Source: Desulfobulbaceae bacterium (GTDB lineage: Bacteria; Desulfobacterota; Desulfobulbia; Desulfobulbales; Desulfocapsaceae). Taken from it: DNA of 24,000 bases. Location: assembly GCA_011390165.1 (NCBI GenBank), contig JAABSV010000001.1, positions 11,890-35,889 of the forward strand, read 5' to 3'. Below the pieces are notes generated by a model that worked only from the letters and a program-made list of their open reading frames with translations, was not told where the DNA came from and did no database searches. Below, one piece after another: positions 7,086-15,617 of this stretch (position 1 is its first letter; the number at the start of each line of letters is the position of its first letter). A program made the translations under genes and the position numbers.

Positions 7086-8189
7086 TCAGCGGACAGCAGC
7101 GTCGAGCATCGCTGCCAGGCCACCCTTCTCATCGGGAGTAAAGCCCATAACCTCTTGCCAGATTTCGTCACTCTCCATACAAAAGTAGAGGCAGGTCGTC
7201 TCTGCCGCCTGCTGCCGAAGCAACTGCAGCAGATGGCGGTACAGCGTCACCCGGAACGGCCGGAAATAACGGGCCTTGCCATCAAGACCGGGGACGAACT
7301 CGTGATGGTAGATCCGGGTGGTGGGAAAGCGTGCCTCGGCCCTCTCTTTCAGGCCGGGAAGATAGCGCAGGGCGCCAAGGGATATCCAGACGATTGCCTC
7401 GGCCGGCACCTGGCGAAACAGTTCAGCAATGGTTTCTGCATAGCCCTTTTCCCAGCCAGGATGGGCAATTATCGGGTCGAAATGGAAGGCCAGCCGATAT
7501 CCCCACTCGGCACAGTTCCGGGCCGCCACCAACCGTTCGGCAAGGGTTGCCGAGCGCAGTTCGCAGTGCCCCATCATTTTGGTACTGTTCAGGGACCAGG
7601 CTACCACAGTCCGCTGCCGGTGTTCGAGCCCCTGCAGGTTGTCAACAAAGCCGCTTTTTGTCTTCAACTCCAGTATGGCATTGCTCCGCTCGGCAAAAAA
7701 CCGCACCAGCGGCTTGCTCAGCCCGGTGAGCCGGTCTATGGCCAGTGAGTCGGTGAATTCACCGGTACCGATCCGGAAAAAGGTGTCTGGCTGGGTACAG
7801 AGGGCACTCTCCAGTTCGGCAAACATCTGGGCGATGTTGACGTAATGAACCAGCCAGGGGGAGTTGAGATAGGCCTGGAGAATACAGTAGACGCAGTCAA
7901 TGGGGCAGTTCGCCCCGGTGCTGATCACCTGATAGCCGCAACAGCGGTACTCCTTCGTCCCCGGGCAGGGTTTGAAAAATCGACCCTTGTTATGACAGAG
8001 GTAAAGTTCCTGCTTGCCGGCATTCAAACTGTCGGCAAATAAGCCGGCATCGACTTTTTCCCTCTCGGCCACCAGACGCCAGGGCAGGCCGGCTCGGCCG
8101 ATGATCTCCCGAGTGGTGGGACAATCGGCTGAGGATGCCTCTACCGCCAGAGAGGTGATATGCCGCGATGGATCTCGCCAACTCGTCAT
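7086..8189 (-). CDS. spore photoproduct lyase family radical SAM protein (367 aa)
   Basis: Radical SAM cluster motif CPIDCVYC sits in the context KPCPGTKEYRCCGYQVISTGANCPIDCVYCILQAYLN, which is characteristic of SplB-like proteins. ATG 8189..8187 is verified. Confidence 0.7.
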   Translation of the reverse strand: MTSWRDPSRHITSLAVEASSADCPTTREIIGRAGLPWRLVAEREKVDAGLFADSLNAGKQELYLCHNKGRFFKPCPGTKEYRCCGYQVISTGANCPIDCVYCILQAYLNSPWLVHYVNIAQMFAELESALCTQPDTFFRIGTGEFTDSLAIDRLTGLSKPLVRFFAERSNAILELKTKSGFVDNLQGLEHRQRTVVAWSLNSTKMMGHCELRSATLAERLVAARNCAEWGYRLAFHFDPIIAHPGWEKGYAETIAELFRQVPAEAIVWISLGALRYLPGLKERAEARFPTTRIYHHEFVPGLDGKARYFRPFRVTLYRHLLQLLRQQAAETTCLYFCMESDEIWQEVMGFTPDEKGGLAAMLDAAVR

Positions 8190-8360
8190 CTTCAGTTCTT
8201 TCCCTTTGCCGAATTACTGGTCTGCCGGAGGGGTTAGGGGGGGCATGAATCCCTCCGGGCACGCCTCTCGTCTCTGCTCGCGGTGGTGGCAGAATCCAGA
8301 AAACCGCTAAAAAGCCGGCAGGCACGGCTCGGAAGCTACTCCACGCCTCTTACCAATATA

Positions 8361-8390
8361 TTACATGTGGCAATCCCCACTGCTTATACT
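8361..8390 (+). promoter_or_regulatory. putative promoter for rng
   Basis: TTACAT (8361..8366), then 18 nt, then TATACT (8385..8390). A second TATACT lies at 8392..8397. Confidence 0.3.
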
Positions 8391-8410
8391 GTATACTATT
8401 TCGTTTACAA
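8383..8410 (-). promoter_or_regulatory. putative promoter for the SPL-family gene, overlapping the rng promoter back-to-back
   Basis: The minus strand reads TTGTAA (8410..8405), then 16 nt, then TATAAG (8388..8383). Its -10 element shares bases with the plus-strand TATACT. Confidence 0.3.
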
Positions 8411-8472
8411 AACCATTTCTTCCGCCACAGCTCCTCCCAGCGGAAGTTGCCACACTATAGTTCGAGAGTAGA

Positions 8473-9963
8473 ATGACCACCGAGATACTTATTAACGCCA
8501 CCAGCTACGAAGTTCGCCTGGCGTTGGTCGAAGAGGGCAACCTCAGCGAATTCCACATGCAGAGGCCCACCGAAAAGGGGCTGATGGGCAATATCTACAA
8601 GGGCCGGGTGGTACGTGTCCTCCCCGGGATGCAGGCGGCTTTTGTCGATATCGGCCTGGAGAGGACTGGCTTTCTCTACGTGGACGACGTCTGCGCCACC
8701 CTTGACGACCACCAGGAGGATACCGTCTCGACCGAGTGTACCCTGCCCCGACTGCATGGTCTGCATATCGAGGACATCCTTCGGGAGGGGCAGGATATCC
8801 TGGTTCAGGTCAGCAAAGACCCCATCGGCACCAAAGGGGCCCGTCTTACCTGCCACATCACCCTTCCCTGTCGCAACCTGGTCTATCTGCCCCAGACCGA
8901 CCACATCGGTATCTCCCGCAAGATTGAGGATGAGGAACTTCGACACCGGATCAAGGCACTGATCGAAGAAATCCATCCCCTCGGCACCGGCTTCATTGTC
9001 CGGACTGTCGCCGAGCACGCCAGCCGTGAAGAGCTTGAGTCGGACATGGAGTTTTTGATGCTTCTCTGGGATGATATTATCGACAAATCTGCCACTCTTG
9101 CCGCTCCCAGCCTGGTCCACGAAGATCTTGACATAACCCTCCGGTCGATCCGGGATTTTTTTGGTGTCGACGTCGACAAACTGATCATTGACGAGGCCGA
9201 GGCCCACGGTAAGCTGCTTTCCCATGTCAAAACCTTTGCCCCCCAGCTAGTCGAGCGAATCAGCCTCTACCAGGGGACGACCCCGCTCTTTGACGCCTAC
9301 AACATAGAGGTGGAGATCTCCCGGGCAATCGAAAAGAAGGTCTGGCTGCGCTCTGGCGGCTATATCATCATTGAAAGCACGGAAGCACTTTCGGTGATCG
9401 ATGTCAATACCGGCCGTTACGTAGGCAAAAGCGACCTGAACGACACCATTTTCAAGACCAACATGGAAGCGGCGGTGGAAATCGCCTACCAGTTGCGGTT
9501 ACGCAACATCGGTGGCATCATCATTATTGACTTCATCGACATGGAGGACGACAGCCACCGGGAGGAACTCTACACCTCTTTCAAAGAAGCGGTGAAAAGA
9601 GACAAGAGCCGCATAAACATTCTGAAACTTTCTGAGTTCGGTCTGGTTCAGATGACCAGAAAACGGAGCAGCGAAAACCTCCAACAGTTGATGTGTGAGC
9701 CTTGCCACTACTGCTCCGGCGAGGGGATGCTCAAGTCCCGCCGAACCATCTGTTACGACATCTTCAGGAAAATAAGCAGAAACTCCGACAAGCACCAGGG
9801 CAGCACGATCACCCTGCGTGTCCACCCCCGGATCGCCGACCTCCTGCACAACGAAGAGGAGCAGACCAAAAACAAGGTTCAGGAGGATACCGGCAAAAGG
9901 ATAGTGGTCGCCCCGGCCAAAGATCTGCATATCGAAAAATATGAAATAATCTGGCAGAAATAG
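8473..9963 (+). CDS. rng: ribonuclease G (Rne/Rng family), 496 aa
   Basis: The N-terminal S1 domain reads GNIYKGRVVRVLPGMQAAFVDIGLERTGFLYV. The catalytic core includes VIDVNTGRYVG and GGIIIIDFIDM. The length fits RNase G rather than RNase E. Confidence 0.9.
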   Translation: MTTEILINATSYEVRLALVEEGNLSEFHMQRPTEKGLMGNIYKGRVVRVLPGMQAAFVDIGLERTGFLYVDDVCATLDDHQEDTVSTECTLPRLHGLHIEDILREGQDILVQVSKDPIGTKGARLTCHITLPCRNLVYLPQTDHIGISRKIEDEELRHRIKALIEEIHPLGTGFIVRTVAEHASREELESDMEFLMLLWDDIIDKSATLAAPSLVHEDLDITLRSIRDFFGVDVDKLIIDEAEAHGKLLSHVKTFAPQLVERISLYQGTTPLFDAYNIEVEISRAIEKKVWLRSGGYIIIESTEALSVIDVNTGRYVGKSDLNDTIFKTNMEAAVEIAYQLRLRNIGGIIIIDFIDMEDDSHREELYTSFKEAVKRDKSRINILKLSEFGLVQMTRKRSSENLQQLMCEPCHYCSGEGMLKSRRTICYDIFRKISRNSDKHQGSTITLRVHPRIADLLHNEEEQTKNKVQEDTGKRIVVAPAKDLHIEKYEIIWQK

Positions 9964-10308
9964 TCCCGATCCACTCTTTTCCATCGGCAGTTAGCCATCA
10001 CCAGATCGTCTTCAGATAGTTGCCGACGACACAGGAAGATGGAGGCCCGAAAGCGAGGACAGGGGCCATAACCGTTCACCAGCATCCCATTTTCCCCCGG
10101 TCAGGCCACCAAAGAGAACAAACTCTAGCTCGGCGGCCTGCCTGAAAGAACCTGGGGCACTGGCTGAACGGCTGCAGTCTCGGTTCTGCGGCTGTTTGCT
10201 GCATACCGGTGAATGATTACCATGGCCTATTCACAACCCGAACCGGCAACATGAACCAGTCGTCACCATTCCATCGCAAACGAAAACAACAGGGAGACAT
10301 CAGTTATC

Positions 10309-11703
10309 ATGTTATTTAGGAGCACCAGGAGCAGCAAAAAACCGACCCGGAATACCATCGGCAGAAATTCCCTGGCACTCATCGCTGGTTGTTTTCTGGT
10401 GGCGGGCTTCGTGGCGATCTTCGTCCTCTTTTTTGAGGGTGGCAGTCCACTAGTCGAGATAACTACCCGGGGGAACTATCTCGGGCAGACCGGCATTTTC
10501 TCCTACCGGGTTGGCGACAAAGTGAGCGGTATCCGCCGGTTCACCTTGACCGCCGAACAGGACGGGAAGGTCCATCCCCTCCACCAGGAGGAGTTTGCCC
10601 GTGCCGCCTGGCGTAACCCGGCCGGACCACTGGAGCTGGCCGGTGAGATCAGCTTCGACCTGAACAAAGCCGGCTTTCAGGACGGTGAGCTGAAACTGAT
10701 CGCCGAGGCCAGTGATTTCTCCTGGCGGGGATGGTTCAAGGGGAACACCAACCGACAGGTGGTCTCCATGCTGGTCGACACTGTCCCGCCACAGCTCCAG
10801 CTCCTGCACGGCCAGCGCTACATCCTCCCCGGCGGCAGCGGTATCGCCATCTACCGGCTTTCCGACCCGGAAAGCGAACACGGGGTGCGCCTTAACGGCC
10901 GTTTCCACCCTGGACACCTGGTTGGCGATGGTCGGGATGATGTCTATATCGCCTATTTTGCCCTCCCCTACGACCATCGACAGGTCGAGGAACTGAAAGC
11001 TATTGCCACCGATCCGGCCGGCAACAGCACCAGCGTGGCCTTTACCAGCGTCGTCAAAAAGGCCAACTACAAACAGGACACCATCGCCATCGGCGATACC
11101 TTTCTTGAGGCAAAAATCCCAGAATTCGTAGGTTATTACCCTGAGATGACTGGCGACAACCTGGAAAAGTATCTCTACGTCAACCAGACCTTGCGGATAG
11201 AAAACAACAACCGGATCAGCCAACTCTGTGCCGACTCCGCTCCGGAACGGCTCTGGCGGGACAGTTTCCAGCGGATGCCGGGAAGCAGCCGGGCCGGATT
11301 TGCCGACCACCGCACCTACAGCTACAATGGCAAGATAATTGACCAGCAGACCCATCTTGGTGTCGATATCGCCTCCACCAGACAGGCCGCTGTCCGGGCT
11401 GCCAATTCCGGCAAGGTGGTACATGCCGACTATCTTGGAATCTATGGCAATATGGTCCTAGTGGACCATGGCCAGGGGGTCTTTTCCCTTTACTCCCACC
11501 TCAGCCAGATGGATGTCAAACCTGGGGAGATGGTTGACCAGCAGACCGTTCTCGGGCTCACCGGCACATCCGGTATGGCCGGAGGGGACCATCTCCATTT
11601 TTCCATGCTGATCAACGGAGAGTTTGTCACCCCGCTGGAGTGGTGGGACCAGCACTGGCTGGAGGTCAACATAGATGAGCCGCTGATCGACTCGCGCTTG
11701 TAG
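10309..11703 (+). CDS. M23 family metallopeptidase with an N-terminal membrane anchor
   Basis: The C-terminal LytM/M23 motifs are HLGVDIAS, GKVVHADYLGIYGNMVLVDHGQGVFSLYSHLS and GLTGTSGMAGGDHLHFSM. An N-terminal TM helix reads LALIAGCFLVAGFVAIFVLFF. An AGGGAG Shine-Dalgarno sequence lies upstream. Confidence 0.9.
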   Translation: MLFRSTRSSKKPTRNTIGRNSLALIAGCFLVAGFVAIFVLFFEGGSPLVEITTRGNYLGQTGIFSYRVGDKVSGIRRFTLTAEQDGKVHPLHQEEFARAAWRNPAGPLELAGEISFDLNKAGFQDGELKLIAEASDFSWRGWFKGNTNRQVVSMLVDTVPPQLQLLHGQRYILPGGSGIAIYRLSDPESEHGVRLNGRFHPGHLVGDGRDDVYIAYFALPYDHRQVEELKAIATDPAGNSTSVAFTSVVKKANYKQDTIAIGDTFLEAKIPEFVGYYPEMTGDNLEKYLYVNQTLRIENNNRISQLCADSAPERLWRDSFQRMPGSSRAGFADHRTYSYNGKIIDQQTHLGVDIASTRQAAVRAANSGKVVHADYLGIYGNMVLVDHGQGVFSLYSHLSQMDVKPGEMVDQQTVLGLTGTSGMAGGDHLHFSMLINGEFVTPLEWWDQHWLEVNIDEPLIDSRL

Positions 11704-11734
11704 CGCTCTTTTCCCCAGCCGCCCTCTCGAGAAG

Positions 11735-13186
11735 ATGAACAGAGTTGCCAAACCGCCACTGCTCCTCTACAGCTACCTGGCAACAGAAATGCTGGCCCCC
11801 TTCTTCGCCAGTTTTCTGATCATGAACTGCGTTTTTTTTCTGGTAAAACTTATCCCCTTCCTCAACTTCGTCCTCGACCTGCAGATTGGCCTTGCCGACT
11901 TTATCCGCCTCTTTTCCTATCTCTTTCCAAGCATTTTTCTCTACTCCATCCCCATGGCGGCTTTGATGGGGGTGACCATCGGTTTTGCCCGACTCTCCAG
12001 CGATTCGGAGATTCTTGCCCTGAAGGCCAACGGTATCAGCATCTACCGTCTCCTTCCTCCGGTGCTCCTGGTGACTAGCCTGATCGCCATGCTGACCGCC
12101 TATTTTTCCATTTCTCTGATCCCGGTGAGCGAGGTGTCGATGAAACAGCTCAGCTACCAGCTGCTCAAGGAGAAAATCAGCAGCGGGATCAAAGAGCACC
12201 TGTTCACTGAGGCGCTCGGTGATGTGGTGGTCTATGTCGACAAAATTGACCAGGAGACGGACAAGTGGAGTAACGTCTGGGTCTCGGACATGCGAGGGGT
12301 CGACAACCCGATCATCACCATGGCCTCCACCGGGCAGATGTTTGCCGACCCGGAAAACATGCGGGTATCGATCGTCCTCAATCAGGGCAGCCTCCATCGG
12401 CCAGGCCTGGACAACGCTCAGATCGTTCAATTTGACCGCTACCAGATCAATATCCCCCTGCGCCCGCCGAGCAGCAGGGCGACCACAGTGAAAAAGAGGA
12501 GTGCCCAGTCGATGGCGGAACTCCTCGAAGAAGCCGAAAAGATAGGTGAAAACAACGAAGAAAAACGACGGTACCTCATCGAGTACCACAAAAGACTGGT
12601 CTTGCCCGTTGGGTGCCTGATGATCAGCCTTCTTGGTCTCCCCCTTGGCCTCCAGGCCCGCCCGGGCCGGAAGGCGATCGGTATCCAGGCCGGGCTGGTG
12701 ATCTTTGTCCTCTACTATGTCATCTACACCATCGGCAAGAACCAGGCCGAACAAGGTGATCTGCCGGTCACCCTGGCCATGTGGGCCGCCAATGGTCTCT
12801 TTTTTCTCCTGGCGATTTTCTGGATCATCAGGGCGGCCAACGATCAGTCCCTTCTCCCGGAAAAACTGGGCAATACCCTGGATACGGCAACCAACCTGCT
12901 CAACCGTCAGCTCTACCGGCTGTGGTTCGGGCTGCGGCACCGATTGCAAAAAGATGGGGCCATGGTGCCGGAAGAGGGCGAGGTGGAGTCGGAGAGATAT
13001 CTCACGCTTATCCGCGGCAACGCCAGGAGCAGGGTCTTCCATTATCCCGGCTGCGAGTTCTATTTTTGCAAAAACTGTACGCTCGAGTTCAAAGATGCCG
13101 AAATTGCCCTGGATGCCGGCTTTGAACCCTGTCGATTTTGTCAGGCTCCGCTTCCCCCGCCGGAGATCAAAGCACCACCTGAGTAA
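11735..13186 (+). CDS. LptF/LptG family (YjgP/YjgQ) permease with a ~115-aa Cys-rich C-terminal extension
   Basis: LLLYSYLATEMLAPFFASFLIMNCVFFLVKLIPFLNFVL...LFPSIFLYSIPMAALMGVTIGFARLSSDSEILALKANGISIYRLL is typical of LptF/G. The core ends near aa 366. The tail carries VFHYPGCEFYFCKNCTLEFKDAEIALDAGFEPCRFCQ. Confidence 0.8.
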   Translation: MNRVAKPPLLLYSYLATEMLAPFFASFLIMNCVFFLVKLIPFLNFVLDLQIGLADFIRLFSYLFPSIFLYSIPMAALMGVTIGFARLSSDSEILALKANGISIYRLLPPVLLVTSLIAMLTAYFSISLIPVSEVSMKQLSYQLLKEKISSGIKEHLFTEALGDVVVYVDKIDQETDKWSNVWVSDMRGVDNPIITMASTGQMFADPENMRVSIVLNQGSLHRPGLDNAQIVQFDRYQINIPLRPPSSRATTVKKRSAQSMAELLEEAEKIGENNEEKRRYLIEYHKRLVLPVGCLMISLLGLPLGLQARPGRKAIGIQAGLVIFVLYYVIYTIGKNQAEQGDLPVTLAMWAANGLFFLLAIFWIIRAANDQSLLPEKLGNTLDTATNLLNRQLYRLWFGLRHRLQKDGAMVPEEGEVESERYLTLIRGNARSRVFHYPGCEFYFCKNCTLEFKDAEIALDAGFEPCRFCQAPLPPPEIKAPPE

Positions 13187-13210
13187 ATACCGTCAACCAA
13201 GGAGACCGGC

Positions 13211-14809
13211 ATGAAACTGCCAACCGGTGCGCAAATGCAGCGTCTTGACCGCTCGGCCAGTGAAGATTTCGCCGTACCGAGCCTGCTTCTCATGGAAAAT
13301 GCCGGTCTACAGACCGTGCTGCTGATGGAGCGTGAACTCGGCCCCGCCGGGCAGAGCTTTGCCGCCATCTTTGTTGGGCCGGGTAACAATGGCGGTGATG
13401 GGTTGGTGATCGGCCGCCATCTCCTCCAGCGAGGGTGTCAGCCGCTCTTTTTCTTTCTTGTCCCCCCGGACTCCCTGCCTGCCGATGGTGCCACCAACCT
13501 TGAGATAGTCAGGCGGCTGGGCCTGCCGGTCCACCTCATCGACAGTTCCGAAAGGGTGGCCGAGATTCCGGATCTCTGCAACCGCTCCCTTTCCCGCAAT
13601 CTCCCTTGTTACGTTGTTGTCGATGCAATCTTCGGTATCGGCCTCTGCCGGTCGATCACCGGCCATATCGCCGAGGCCATTGCCCTGATCAACCACCCTG
13701 CCTTCCTCCGCCAGACACCGGTGGTCGCTGTCGATATCCCTTCCGGAATGGAAGCGGACAGCGGTAGAATCCTTGGCTGTTGCGTACAGGCCGATCATAC
13801 GGCCACCTACGGCTGGGCCAAACCGGGCCACTTCCAGCCCGGCAGTGGCGCATGGACAGGTAAAGTGGACATTATCGACATCGGTATCCCGGCACTGACT
13901 CTACAGAAGGTGGAGGTGCGCACCGAACTGGCTGACCAGGAACTGGTCACCAGTCTTGCTCAGCCACTCCGCCGCCGAGGCGACGCGCACAAAGGAACAA
14001 ACGGCCGTCTCTTGCTCATCGCCGGCTCCACCGGGATGACCGGGGCGGCAATCCTCGCCGCCCGGGGCGCCCTCCATGCCGGAGTCGGTCTGGTCAGCCT
14101 GGCGGTGCCGGCCGACCTCAACCATATCTTCGAAACCACCCTGCCGGAAGTGATCACGGTGCCGCTCCCAGCCAGCAAAGGGCAATGCAGCGACGAGGAT
14201 CTCGAGCAGATCCTGGCCCTGGCCGATACCTGCTCGGCAGTGGTCGTCGGCCCTGGGATCGGCCAGGCCCTGGCAACTGCCAAGTTGGTCCTGGCCCTCT
14301 ATGGCCAACTGCGCAAGCCCCTCCTGGTTGATGCCGATGCCCTCAACATCCTGGCCACCTGCCGAGACGATCTGCCCGATCCCGCCGGACCACGCATCTT
14401 TACCCCGCACCCGGGTGAATTGAGTCGGCTCCTTGCTGAGCCAGTGGAAATGGTGGTTGAGAATCGCCTGCAGGCGGCTCGGCGCGGCCAGGCGCTCTTT
14501 GTCGCCACTGCCCAGCCGACAGTCCTGGTCTTGAAGGGGGCGGGAACGGTCACCGTCGGCACCGGGGGAAAAACCACAATCAACAGCACCGGCAACCCGG
14601 GAATGGCCGCCGCCGGTATGGGTGATGTCCTCAGTGGGGTGATTGGAGCCCTGCTCTGCCAGGGGCTGGCACCGCAGGCGGCTGCCGTGGTCGGGGTATA
14701 CCTGCATGGCGCGGCAGCCGACCTTCTGGTCGGCCAGCAGGGGGTCGGCTATCTTGCCGGTGAGGTGGCAGCGGCCCTCCCCCAGGCCCGTAAGGCTCTC
14801 CTTGACTGA
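13211..14809 (+). CDS. nnr: bifunctional NAD(P)H-hydrate repair enzyme Nnr (epimerase + ADP-dependent dehydratase; YjeF)
   Basis: The N-terminal YjeF_N region reads FVGPGNNGGDGLVIGRHL. The C-terminal carbohydrate-kinase-like region reads HKGTNGRLLLIAGSTGMTGAAILAARGALHAGVGLV...GNPGMAAAGMGDVLSG. AAGGAG lies before the ATG at 13211. Confidence 0.9.
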   Translation: MKLPTGAQMQRLDRSASEDFAVPSLLLMENAGLQTVLLMERELGPAGQSFAAIFVGPGNNGGDGLVIGRHLLQRGCQPLFFFLVPPDSLPADGATNLEIVRRLGLPVHLIDSSERVAEIPDLCNRSLSRNLPCYVVVDAIFGIGLCRSITGHIAEAIALINHPAFLRQTPVVAVDIPSGMEADSGRILGCCVQADHTATYGWAKPGHFQPGSGAWTGKVDIIDIGIPALTLQKVEVRTELADQELVTSLAQPLRRRGDAHKGTNGRLLLIAGSTGMTGAAILAARGALHAGVGLVSLAVPADLNHIFETTLPEVITVPLPASKGQCSDEDLEQILALADTCSAVVVGPGIGQALATAKLVLALYGQLRKPLLVDADALNILATCRDDLPDPAGPRIFTPHPGELSRLLAEPVEMVVENRLQAARRGQALFVATAQPTVLVLKGAGTVTVGTGGKTTINSTGNPGMAAAGMGDVLSGVIGALLCQGLAPQAAAVVGVYLHGAAADLLVGQQGVGYLAGEVAAALPQARKALLD

Positions 14810-14828
14810 GATACCGCGACGCTTCCCG

Positions 14829-14851
14829 GCTGGCTGCCACCGGTTGCCAGC
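14829..14851. terminator. hairpin between the convergent nnr and ung genes (possible bidirectional terminator)
   Basis: GCTGGC-N11-GCCAGC is a 6-bp stem lying in the 53-bp gap between the two stop codons. Confidence 0.3.
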
Positions 14852-14862
14852 AATGATCGCTC

Positions 14863-15570
14863 CTACCAGACGATCTCCTGCAGGCCGTGCTCCCGCAGAA
14901 ACTGGTTGGCCTTGACAAAGACCCCGGAACCGAGAAAACCGCGATGTGCCGACAGGGGCGACGGATGGCTGGTGGCCAGAATGAGATGTTTTCGGTGGTC
15001 GATCAGCGCCCTCTTCTTCTGAGCAAAGGAGCCCCAGAGCAGAAAGGCCACATGCTCCTGGTAACTGGATACAGTGGCGATGATGTCGTCAGTCAAGGCA
15101 TGCCAGCCAAGTTGGAGATGGGAGTTGGGCCGGCCGGCCGCCACGGTCAGACTGGCATTGAGCAGGAGTACCCCCTGCCTGGCCCAGCGACTGAGATCGG
15201 AATCAACACTCACCTGACGGCCACCATACAAACTGTTGTTGACCTCAAGGAGAATGTTGCGCAGGGAGGGGGGGACAGGGATGCCGGCACGAACGGAAAA
15301 ACAGAGGCCGTGCGCCTCCGGCCCCTTCCCGGCATGTTCATTGAAATAGGGATCCTGGCCGATAATCACCACCCGGGTGGTGGCCAGGCTGGTCAACCGC
15401 ATCGCCGCGAAGACCTGCTCCTTCGGAGGGAACACCTTCTCTCCCCGCTCTTCGCCGGCATAGGCCAGTTGGCGGATTTTCTTATGCACCCCCTGCCGCA
15501 AAAGCGGCACCGCCTCCTCCCAGAGAGGGGCCGCAGGTGGGGAAGCAGGTCTTGACAAAGCTGCCATCAT
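14863..15570 (-). CDS. ung: uracil-DNA glycosylase, family 1
   Basis: Contains GQDPY, AHGLCFSV, WARQGVLLLNASLTV and HPSPLSAHRGF. It can be aligned along its whole length with E. coli Ung as I recall it. Confidence 0.9.
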   Translation of the reverse strand: MMAALSRPASPPAAPLWEEAVPLLRQGVHKKIRQLAYAGEERGEKVFPPKEQVFAAMRLTSLATTRVVIIGQDPYFNEHAGKGPEAHGLCFSVRAGIPVPPSLRNILLEVNNSLYGGRQVSVDSDLSRWARQGVLLLNASLTVAAGRPNSHLQLGWHALTDDIIATVSSYQEHVAFLLWGSFAQKKRALIDHRKHLILATSHPSPLSAHRGFLGSGVFVKANQFLREHGLQEIVW

Positions 15571-15617
15571 CTGATCCTCGTGACCGGCATTATCTGCTTA
15601 GCGAGCGGCTTGCTTTT

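Noticed and set aside
9964-10308. Cyclic-di-AMP (ydaO) or cyclic-di-GMP riboswitch upstream of the M23 peptidase.
   Set aside because: Only vague resemblances (ACAGGGGCCA, CCGGTGAATG) appear, without the paired conserved segments. This is not supportable without a covariance-model scan.
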